A stretch of DNA of 37,028 nt from a virus: positions 1 through 37,028 of the IMG/VR virus record IMGVR_UViG_3300029114_000023, one strand, 5' to 3'. Each line of letters opens with the position of its first letter. Within the stretch, counting starts at the first letter, position 1. The position numbers and the translations under genes were made by a program. Shown one piece after another: positions 30,493 to 37,028 of the stretch. A model generated the notes under the pieces. The model saw only the letters and a program-made list of their open reading frames with translations. It did no database searches and was not told the origin of the DNA.

Positions 30493-30706
30493 GTAACAAG
30501 AACATTGTTTTGTAACACGATATTTCAAAAAGTAACAAATGCATTTGTTACCACGCAAACCCGCGTATTTACTAGGTTTATCAGCACTTTTCCGAGCGGT
30601 AACATTAGTAACACCTCTTTTCCCTTATAGGGTGCGGAACGATATATATACATATATTTCAGATATATATAGGCGTTTTCGAATGTTACCCCTGTTACTT
30701 TGTTAC
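30493..30706. other. Putative replication origin or regulatory hub: 9 GTAAC(A) motifs, a 20-bp perfect palindrome and an (AT)n unwinding-type tract
   Basis: GTAAC at 30493, 30512, 30532, 30599 and 30608. GTTAC at 30547, 30685, 30694 and 30702. Palindrome GTAACAAATGCATTTGTTAC at 30532-30551. gatatatatacatatatttcagatatatatagg at 30641-30673. The region abuts the helicase stop. Confidence 0.45.
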
Positions 30707-30708
30707 CG

Positions 30709-32565
30709 TTATTTAAACGGGAGCTCTTCCTGCGATACATCCGTCGGCTCGAATCCGTCCTTGTCTTGGAATTCGTTCAGCTGCAAGAATACGCAGCGAA
30801 CCGGCTTGCCGTCGATCTTCTTCAGCTTTGTCTGGTTCTTGCCGTCTGTCTGGATAATTCCCTGCTTATCCGCCCAGTTGAGGAATGCCTTGTAGGAATA
30901 ATCTCCCTGCCGGCACAGCTCCTTCACAGCCTGAGGGTACATGATTGCATATCCTTCGCTAATAATCCCCCATTGCTCCGTCGTTGCCGCGGCATCAAAA
31001 CGCTGCCGGTTCATGTTAATCTTGTCAAGCAGATAGTGGTAACAACGCTCATGCTCTGACACCTCACTCTTATCCACAAGGACGCTTTCAGCTTCCTGTA
31101 CACTGATATATTCTCCATCATAAAAGATATGATCCGTTGCTATCCGATCAGCCAGCAACAGGACCGACATGGCTATGCTCTGTTTCTGCATTTTATCAAC
31201 GCTGAATAGCTCTTTTTGAAGCTTTTGCTGTATCTCCCTGAGTTCTTCCGCGCCCATCTTCTTTATGACCTGCACAAACCGTTTCCCGGCAAATCCATAG
31301 TTCTTTTTGAGCAGCTCCGCTGTATATTGTGGGTCCTGATATACCTTTTCACCACATTCAATCTCAAGAATACGGTTAATCGCGCCACCCTGCGACACAT
31401 AGGACGTCAATGGGCGCTCCCCGTTTGTAAGGATCGTATTCTTCCATCGATTCTCCCGGCGGATTCCAAGTTCTTTATTGGATCGACTCTTGCCCTTCCC
31501 AGAACACAAATCATACACGACGCCCTCGAAATTATCTCTGATCCGACTGCTAGTCTTGCTGGTATCATCCAGCATCAAAGGAAGATGGTTCAGTAAGTCC
31601 GCGCGAATCTCCAACTGTGTGTCCGTTGTCTTGAAATCGCCTATGTACTGGTTATTGTCCGGATTCGCCCAAATCGAAGCCGCAAGCATCATGGAGACAG
31701 ATTTTCCCCCTTCCGTCTCGCCCCAAAGATCAACAATAAACGGAAGAGCACCTAAACGGTTGACTAGAATACTTGCAAAGGATGCTGCTAGAGAAAATTT
31801 GATCTCCAACCGCCCTGTCCTGCGTAATGCCTTCACATGCTCCAGCCACTCCTGCCAGCTTCCATGCTCTCGGATACTCTCGTATACTTGTCCGAATGCC
31901 ATATCCCCATCAAAAATAATCTCCGTATCATACGGCAGAAAACCATCTCCGATCCAGCCTAGTTTTGCGCTCGATCTTTGAATTGGGATCTCGTCATCGT
32001 TCATATTTTCTACGTCCGACAGATATTTCACCAACAATTTTGCATTTTCGGATGTGACTGCTACACCGAGCTTGGACAACGAGACAATCTTGCTTGCCGA
32101 AGATATAATATCTTTTGGGACGGCAATCTCTGTCCAGCGGTGATTACGTTTATACGCCAGCCGGATCTGTTCTTCCCCTGTCTCCAGGTTCCTCATCCTT
32201 CCGATCGGCATGATTGGATGGTAACAGACGATCACCTCGTTGGAATAATCCTTATTGAATGTCCGTATACCATTGTCTGCGGCAAGCCAGGATCCGCACT
32301 TCATAGAGTCGTACTTCCCAGTAAAATTCGTCCAGTTTTCAATGAGTGTCTGACTCTGCCGCTGTTTCTGCTGAGTTTCCTTCTCAGCTTTTTCGAATGC
32401 TTTCACCATTGTGTCAAACTGCCCTTTTACTCCGAGCTCCTTTGCACGATCCTGAAAGGAAAGGAGCATCTGTGCCCGTCTTATAGCATCCTCCTGCTCA
32501 AAGATTTCCACAAAGACTTCCTCTGCCAGGATTCCTTTTTTATCGTAACTGTTTAAAGGTTTCAT
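30709..32565 (-). CDS. DUF927-type SF3-like replicative helicase (618 aa)
   Basis: Walker A in DLWGETEGGKSVSMMLAASIWA and Walker B in LPLMLDDTS. KLGWIGDGFLPYD is typical of DUF927. ATG 32565 follows AAGGAG. Confidence 0.75.
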   Translation of the reverse strand: MKPLNSYDKKGILAEEVFVEIFEQEDAIRRAQMLLSFQDRAKELGVKGQFDTMVKAFEKAEKETQQKQRQSQTLIENWTNFTGKYDSMKCGSWLAADNGIRTFNKDYSNEVIVCYHPIMPIGRMRNLETGEEQIRLAYKRNHRWTEIAVPKDIISSASKIVSLSKLGVAVTSENAKLLVKYLSDVENMNDDEIPIQRSSAKLGWIGDGFLPYDTEIIFDGDMAFGQVYESIREHGSWQEWLEHVKALRRTGRLEIKFSLAASFASILVNRLGALPFIVDLWGETEGGKSVSMMLAASIWANPDNNQYIGDFKTTDTQLEIRADLLNHLPLMLDDTSKTSSRIRDNFEGVVYDLCSGKGKSRSNKELGIRRENRWKNTILTNGERPLTSYVSQGGAINRILEIECGEKVYQDPQYTAELLKKNYGFAGKRFVQVIKKMGAEELREIQQKLQKELFSVDKMQKQSIAMSVLLLADRIATDHIFYDGEYISVQEAESVLVDKSEVSEHERCYHYLLDKINMNRQRFDAAATTEQWGIISEGYAIMYPQAVKELCRQGDYSYKAFLNWADKQGIIQTDGKNQTKLKKIDGKPVRCVFLQLNEFQDKDGFEPTDVSQEELPFK

Positions 32566-32576
32566 ATCGCTCCTTA

Positions 32577-33062
32577 TCACCTCGGTTCATTTAAAACTTC
32601 GTGTAAATACAGTTGATACTGCAGCTTGTTATAGCTTTCCGTCCAGAGATCAGAAAGCGGCACTGTAAGTATCAGACAGTCTCGATATATGTCGATCAGC
32701 TCGCTATTGACTTTCCGCCGCTCTTCCAGATTCTCTTTCTGCCTTTGCTGCATCTCCCACTCTTTCCGGGCGTGATACCGCGACATTCGTTCGCCGAACG
32801 TCTCTTTTTTCTGCTCGTATGTCCCGCCCAGATTGAAAAATGCTTCCCGGAATGTGATATCTTCCATCTGGCTTACAAAGTCAAAAATATCCCCATGTGC
32901 GCCACATCCGAAGCAATAATAGCTGTCCTGATAGATCTTCATGGATGCGGTTTTCTCTTTATGGAATGGGCAGCAGATGAAGCCAGCTCTGTTCGGTTGC
33001 ATCCCATACCGTCCTAAAATATCTCGCATGCTATAAGTTTTCTTAATTTCTTCACTGTTCAT
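32577..33062 (-). CDS. Stand-alone CHC2 (DnaG-type) zinc-finger protein (161 aa)
   Basis: CCPFHKEKTASMKIYQDSYYCFGCGAHGDIFDFV is the primase CHC2 zinc finger. No TOPRIM block follows. Confidence 0.75.
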   Translation of the reverse strand: MNSEEIKKTYSMRDILGRYGMQPNRAGFICCPFHKEKTASMKIYQDSYYCFGCGAHGDIFDFVSQMEDITFREAFFNLGGTYEQKKETFGERMSRYHARKEWEMQQRQKENLEERRKVNSELIDIYRDCLILTVPLSDLWTESYNKLQYQLYLHEVLNEPR

Positions 33063-33559
33063 AGTCCATCCATCAAAATCCGAATAATCTCTTTTCCCGT
33101 CTCGTCCTTATCACAGAAAAGGAATCGGCAACCATACTTCTGTTCCTGAGTACAGAGAATTTTATACAATACATCGCCTGTCATAGCCTTTGTTTCGACA
33201 TCCTCCCACTTTCCAGTGACCCGATTTCGCTGTCTCTTCCATCTGCGGGGATTATCCCACCATGCCACGTCCTGCAGGCAGGTAATCCCCTTCCCGTGCT
33301 CCACCAGGATCACTAGCTGGATCTCATTTTTCTGTGCAAGGATCAGCTCCCTTCGGAACCGGTCATGATCGTTGCAGACGTTATTGCACAGCTCTGACAG
33401 GTTCTGCTTTCTGTCGATAATCAGCCGGGGATTATCATAGTTTATGTAATCCCCGACCATCAGCTTTGATACCGGATGCGTAATATTCTGTCGGTCAAAC
33501 TCCGCCACGATCTTCGTGATCGCCCGCGCCTTTTCCCTGCTGTCAATCTGTATAATCAT
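33059..33559 (-). CDS. ERCC4-type nuclease (166 aa)
   Basis: QIDSREK ... LMVGDYIN ... LIIDRKQNLSELCNNV fit the ERCC4 D..RE / GDY / ERK motifs. Confidence 0.65.
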   Translation of the reverse strand: MIIQIDSREKARAITKIVAEFDRQNITHPVSKLMVGDYINYDNPRLIIDRKQNLSELCNNVCNDHDRFRRELILAQKNEIQLVILVEHGKGITCLQDVAWWDNPRRWKRQRNRVTGKWEDVETKAMTGDVLYKILCTQEQKYGCRFLFCDKDETGKEIIRILMDGL

Positions 33560-33569
33560 TCACATCACC

Positions 33570-34004
33570 TCAATTAAACGGCAGTTTTTCGTCAATCCCG
33601 TCTGGGATATTCATAAATCCGTCTCCATCTTCTTGTCCGAAGCCTCCGCCATACTCCATATGGGCTCCACAATCCTGCGACGAACTCTTGCTCTCCCCGA
33701 ATCCGACCTGCTCCGCGATCACATCCGTTGTATATACTTTTACACCGTCCTTGTTTGTATAAGATCCAGTCTGAATCCTGCCAGTCAGCTCCAGCTTCAT
33801 GCCCTGGCGGAAATACCGCTCAATAAATTCCGCTGTCCTTCCAAAAGCGACACAGCTGGGGAAGTCTGCCGTTGGTCCGCCGTCCTGTTTAAAGCGGCGG
33901 TCTACCGCAAGGGTAAACCGCGCAATGCTTGTCCCGCCATCCGTGTACCGCACATCCGGATCCCTGGTGAGACGGCCTGTTAAATTCACACTATTTATGC
34001 TCAT
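33570..34004 (-). CDS. ssb: Single-stranded DNA-binding protein (144 aa)
   Basis: OB-fold N-terminus VNLTGRLTRDPDVRYTDGGTSIARFTLAVDR. Acidic tail ending DGIDEKLPFN. Confidence 0.9.
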   Translation of the reverse strand: MSINSVNLTGRLTRDPDVRYTDGGTSIARFTLAVDRRFKQDGGPTADFPSCVAFGRTAEFIERYFRQGMKLELTGRIQTGSYTNKDGVKVYTTDVIAEQVGFGESKSSSQDCGAHMEYGGGFGQEDGDGFMNIPDGIDEKLPFN

Positions 34005-34791
34005 CTGATGCCTCCCGCTTTAAATCCTTTGTTACTTCAAAAATCTTCATGGCTTGCTTAAATTCCTCTACAGTCATTTCTTCGATGCTCTTTGCCTTTG
34101 AATGCAACCGATCAAGGATCATTTTATCCGACACACCGGTCCGCTTCTGCTCAGCGCGGATCGTATTCACCATCACCTCAGTTACCTTCCTGTCTTCGCT
34201 TTCCTGCGCAGCACCTCTCTTCTGCTCCGGATTGCCCTCTTTATTTTCGGCCGGCTGAGCTTTTGCCGATTCTTGCTTCTTTGCAGCGGGTGCTGATGTC
34301 TTACCTTTTCCAGCATTCTTTTCCTGGGTCGTCTTCCCATCCATGTCATGGATCTCCGCATCCGGATCCGCCATATCCTCAACCGGAATGCAGAAGAGCT
34401 GGAAGCACAGATACTTATATGCGATCGCCATGGCTTTGTTAATAGCCTTATCCCCTGTATCCATAGCCTCACCTTTGAGGACGGTCTCAACATGGGATCC
34501 ATCTTCCGCGTATACCGTATATTTCATTTTAAGAATGACAGAAGTGACCCTGCCTCCGCTTTTGCTCGTTCCGATCTCCCGGGTCTCGTCCAAAATCTCC
34601 GGAAGAATAAATACTTTGTTCTTTGCCAGAGCGGGATTCAGGACGCTATAAACGTCGTCCACACTCCTGTACTTAAAGCCCTGCTGCTTATTAACCTTAT
34701 CCTTGGACACCACGCCGATGTCATTGATCACACCTGCAATAGCCGCGTAAATCTTCGGTGCTCCTGGAAGCATTGCCTGTCCTTCCTGCAT
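33991..34791 (-). CDS. Erf-family single-strand annealing recombinase (266 aa)
   Basis: KIYAAIAGVINDIGVVSKDKVNKQQGFKYRSVDDVYSVLNPALAKNKVFILPE is typical of the ERF family. It is adjacent to ssb. Confidence 0.75.
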   Translation of the reverse strand: MQEGQAMLPGAPKIYAAIAGVINDIGVVSKDKVNKQQGFKYRSVDDVYSVLNPALAKNKVFILPEILDETREIGTSKSGGRVTSVILKMKYTVYAEDGSHVETVLKGEAMDTGDKAINKAMAIAYKYLCFQLFCIPVEDMADPDAEIHDMDGKTTQEKNAGKGKTSAPAAKKQESAKAQPAENKEGNPEQKRGAAQESEDRKVTEVMVNTIRAEQKRTGVSDKMILDRLHSKAKSIEEMTVEEFKQAMKIFEVTKDLKREASDEHK

Positions 34792-35750
34792 TATCCGTCC
34801 CTCCGTTCGTAATAAACTCCAATGCTATCCAGTGCCATATCAATAGCCTGGATATCTTCATCGGATGCCACCACATGATAAAACACAGTCCGGGTGTCCG
34901 GCTGCACAAACGGCATCACATCATCACCACCAGACTTTTCGGTCTCAAGCGGGGCAACTGCCGCTTCCTGTCTTGCGGCCTGGGATTCTCTTGCTTCTGC
35001 TTCCTGACGCGCCTGCTCCCGGATCCTCGCTTCTCGCTCAATAGCTTCTCTTTCTGCTACACGGATCCGTTTTTCCTCAGCAAGACGCCTCCTTTCTTCC
35101 TCTTGACGTCTGCGCTCCTCTTCCCTGCGCATGATCTCAGCTTTCTGCTGTTCATAATTGTTTATGTAGGCAACTGCCTTAGCCATATCCTGAGAATCCT
35201 TATAAATCTCAAGCGCTTTTTCCACAGCATCTGACTGCATCCCGGAAATAGTGCTTACTGCAATTCTGGCACTCTCTACAGCAGTAGCTATGCTCTCCCT
35301 GATAGATCTCATGGTTGTAGTGGCATTCTCCCATTTTGTGTCGTAAATTCTTCCAAGGTCACAGTACTCTTCCATGTCACCAATGATTTCCTGATAGATT
35401 TCCTTGATCTTCTCACGCCGTTCCTCTCTTCTCTTCCGTTCAAAGTCCTTCAGCTGAGAATCAATCAGGCAGATGGGTTCATCAATCTTCTCAGTCAAGT
35501 TCTTCATCTTCGCCTCGAAGTCCTCATAGGGTTTCATCCATTCTTTCTTTACGCCCTTCCGCGCATCTTCAAAGTCCTTTTTCAGCTTTCTGAGGTTGGC
35601 TACCTCTGATTTTGCGATGCTCTTGCTTTCCTCGGTAAATACCGCACCTTTATACTCCGCCAGTTTCGCATCCAGAGCTTTTTCGATCTCATCAAAATTC
35701 AACTCGATAACCCCTGGATTCTGCTTCACATTTAATGTCAACTCGTTCAT
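34791..35750 (-). CDS. DUF1351-like protein (319 aa) associated with phage recombinases
   Basis: MNELTLNVKQNPGVIELNFDEIEKALDAKLAEYKGAVFTEES... is followed by an RE-rich coiled coil. It is in the usual position upstream of Erf/RecT genes. Confidence 0.65.
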   Translation of the reverse strand: MNELTLNVKQNPGVIELNFDEIEKALDAKLAEYKGAVFTEESKSIAKSEVANLRKLKKDFEDARKGVKKEWMKPYEDFEAKMKNLTEKIDEPICLIDSQLKDFERKRREERREKIKEIYQEIIGDMEEYCDLGRIYDTKWENATTTMRSIRESIATAVESARIAVSTISGMQSDAVEKALEIYKDSQDMAKAVAYINNYEQQKAEIMRREEERRRQEEERRRLAEEKRIRVAEREAIEREARIREQARQEAEARESQAARQEAAVAPLETEKSGGDDVMPFVQPDTRTVFYHVVASDEDIQAIDMALDSIGVYYERRDG

Positions 35751-35767
35751 ATTAATCTCCTCTCACT

Positions 35768-36127
35768 TCATACCCTTTTTAATCCGATAAATGTACCAAT
35801 CAGCCTCTCTATCATTGCTTCTGGATTTTCCGGACCGACAATGTCTTCTCCCACCACAATACCAAAAATCAAGTCCCCAACAATAGGACAACCATGCCTT
35901 GCCGTTCCATACAATGCGCACCCTAATGCATTCTCCGAAAGTCCTTTAACAAGCCCCTCTTCATCGACTAGCATAATCACGGACGGATTTTTGAAATAAT
36001 CCGCCATGAGTTGAGTATGGACCGTCTCAAAAGAACCACCAATTGCTTGCTGAATGCTCTTGAAATCAGAGAAATCCACATCAATAATGGACACTTTATT
36101 GTCAGTTGTTACCTTTACAGTTTTCAT
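35768..36127 (-). CDS. DUF3846-like protein (119 aa)
   Basis: IMLVDEEGLVKGLSENALGCALYG...CPIVGDLIFGIV resembles the DUF3846 pattern. Confidence 0.55.
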   Translation of the reverse strand: MKTVKVTTDNKVSIIDVDFSDFKSIQQAIGGSFETVHTQLMADYFKNPSVIMLVDEEGLVKGLSENALGCALYGTARHGCPIVGDLIFGIVVGEDIVGPENPEAMIERLIGTFIGLKRV

Positions 36128-36152
36128 TTCTTTACAAATCCCTCTTTTTCGT

Positions 36153-36431
36153 CTAAAATAAAGTTGATCTTTTAACTATGCGCCCAGAGGTTGCCGCCTC
36201 ATTTATGGGCGCTCTTTTTATTTCACGGCTTCTGTACACGACTCTATCACCGTATACAAAAGGACTGTGAAGCTTGATCACTCCGTTAACTGCTGTCAGC
36301 GTATGACCACCGACTGACAACTGCTCCTTATTCCCGTAATATTCATACTTCCCAAAATCCGCAATATCCTGCGGCAAAATCCCTGTCTCTTCTGACAACA
36401 TTCTTTTTAGTTTCGTCTTTCCGAGCTTCAT
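36153..36431 (-). CDS. Hypothetical protein (92 aa)
   Basis: ATG 36431 lies 9 nt after GGAGG, whereas ATG 36437 is only 3 nt away. The 3' end lies in duplicated element 36166-36222. Confidence 0.55.
   Translation of the reverse strand: MKLGKTKLKRMLSEETGILPQDIADFGKYEYYGNKEQLSVGGHTLTAVNGVIKLHSPFVYGDRVVYRSREIKRAPINEAATSGRIVKRSTLF
36166..36222. repeat. Copy B of the ~57-bp boundary element (copy A at 291-347)
   Basis: See 291-347. Here it encodes the C-terminus ..REIKRAPINEAATSGRIVKRS of the 92-aa ORF. Confidence 0.85.
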
Positions 36432-36440
36432 TTCCATTCG

Positions 36441-36506
36441 CCTCCTTTCAGATCGGTCCTGCCTGCAGGATGTAAATGATCACAGCCATCACCGCATTTA
36501 ACATCA
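36441..36506. repeat. Copy B of the ~65-bp boundary element (copy A at 535-598)
   Basis: See 535-598. Confidence 0.85.
36448..36504 (-). pseudogene. 18-codon remnant of the C-terminal TM helix of the 71-aa membrane protein gene
   Basis: MLNAVMAVIIYILQAGPI compares with ..MMLNAVMAMIIYILQAGPI at the end of 540..755. No N-terminal part is present. Confidence 0.6.
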
Positions 36507-36521
36507 CACTATCTTCTTTCA

Positions 36522-37028
36522 TTACTCAACGTATTTTCTATTTCCTACTTCGTTTTCATCCTCTTCGAATCTGAGTTCCATCAGGTCTGCCAGCATCAGG
36601 TATTCTTGTGCCTTCTTTGTTTCTCCGTGTGTCTCCCGGATCTTATCCCGGAACTGTGCAAGCGTCCCGTAGAAGCATCCGCACCGCACACCCACGCCGC
36701 CATCTTTGAGACGGAAGAAGGTCGTTGTACGGTTGACAGATCCGAAACCGTGAGCGTATGCATAGTCCTCATCGCTGCACACCCGCGCATTGCCGCACAC
36801 CCGCGCATTGCCGTACACCCGCGCATTGCCGCACACCAGCGCATCGCCGCACACCCGCGCATTGCCGTACACCCGCGCATTGCCGCACACCAGCGCATCG
36901 CTGCACACCCGCGCATTGTCGTACACCAGCGCATTGCCGCACACCAGCGCATTGCCGTACACCCACGCATTGCCGTACACCCGCGCATTGCCGTACACCC
37001 GCGCATCGCCGGAAACCTGTGCATCTCC
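36522..37028 (-). CDS. 3' part of the hexapeptide-repeat early protein (5' part at 260..1 through the circular junction)
   Basis: ORF track 36522..36998 (..VYGNARVYGNAWVYGNALVCGNALVYDNARVCSDALVCGNARVYGNARVCGDALVCGNARVYGNARVCGNARVCSDEDYAYAHGFGSVNRTTTFFRLKDGG..). The frame stays open to the window end. Confidence 0.75.
   Translation of the reverse strand, partial: GDAQVSGDARVYGNARVYGNAWVYGNALVCGNALVYDNARVCSDALVCGNARVYGNARVCGDALVCGNARVYGNARVCGNARVCSDEDYAYAHGFGSVNRTTTFFRLKDGGVGVRCGCFYGTLAQFRDKIRETHGETKKAQEYLMLADLMELRFEEDENEVGNRKYVE
36776..37028 (-). repeat. 18-bp tandem coding repeat array (first part; continues at 1-117)
   Basis: Units such as gcattgccgcacacccgc, gcattgccgtacacccgc and gcatcgccgcacaccagc follow each other without spacers. 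Confidence 0.9.

Larger units (their letters stand above)
1..37028. mobile_element. Complete temperate siphovirus-type phage genome, circularly closed contig (unique length 36951 bp), excised form with intact attP
   Basis: All phage modules are present and syntenic: lysogeny, early/replication, packaging, head, non-contractile tail (1184-aa tape measure, no sheath gene) and lysis. Bases 1-77 are identical to 36952-37028, and one ORF reads in frame through the junction. Confidence 0.85.

Noticed and set aside
30525-30895. ORFs 30525..30740 (-) and 30539..30895 (+) across the helicase-proximal intergenic region
   Set aside because: They span the iteron, palindrome and AT-tract region and have no SD. 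The + strand ORF is antisense to the helicase 3' end. The region is better explained as origin or regulatory DNA.
36596-37024. ORF-track entries 36596..37024 and 36769..36966 (MRGCTAMRGC.. and GVRQCAGVRQCAG..)
   Set aside because: These are alternative-frame shadows of the 18-bp repeat array, in which every frame stays open. Only the frame continuous with the N-terminal domain at 260..118 and the C-terminal domain at 36775..36522 makes a coherent protein.
36776-37028. Regularly spaced short repeats at both window ends that might suggest a CRISPR array
   Set aside because: The period is exactly 18 bp with no intervening unique spacers. The units are contiguous and lie in frame inside an ORF with unique N- and C-terminal domains. 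No cas genes are present.

Overview
The window is a complete, circularly closed genome of a temperate siphovirus-type phage. Its unique length is 36,951 bp, and bases 1-77 are identical to 36952-37028. The host is a Gram-positive bacterium, probably Bacillota and Clostridia-like. The phage is in its excised form with an intact attP. A short rightward (+) lysogeny unit carries an XRE/ImmR-like repressor, an ImmA protease, a DUF4041/T5orf172 accessory gene, a tyrosine integrase, and an attP containing a tRNA 3' fragment. It faces one long leftward (-) programme that runs through the contig junction. In order, that programme holds cro-like and small early genes, a hexapeptide-repeat protein, DUF3846, and DUF1351-Erf-SSB-ERCC4 recombination genes. 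These are followed by a CHC2 zinc finger plus DUF927 helicase, an iteron-rich putative origin, an orphan C5 DNA methyltransferase, a sigma-like late regulator and hicAB. Then come TerS/TerL/portal/MuF, scaffold and capsid, connectors, a tail with a 1184-aa tape measure, holin and endolysin. No rRNA gene, complete tRNA gene or CRISPR array is present. Seven items are most worth a second look. (1) The lysogeny-expressed DUF4041/T5orf172 nuclease-like gene is a candidate single-gene defence. (2) An Arc-like RHH + Bro-N antirepressor + AT-rich orphan unit, with its own promoter, operators and terminator, is wedged between holin and endolysin. (3) A MuF head protein has a small C-terminal toxin-like module and a translationally coupled acidic immunity-like gene. 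(4) An early gene is built of 16 near-identical 18-bp units and spans the circular junction. (5) Duplicated boundary sequences frame two unrelated small early genes. (6) An iteron/palindrome/AT-alternating putative origin lies next to the helicase. (7) A small zinc-ribbon-like ORF is interrupted at an A7 run. All family assignments come from motif recognition by eye, not from database searches.
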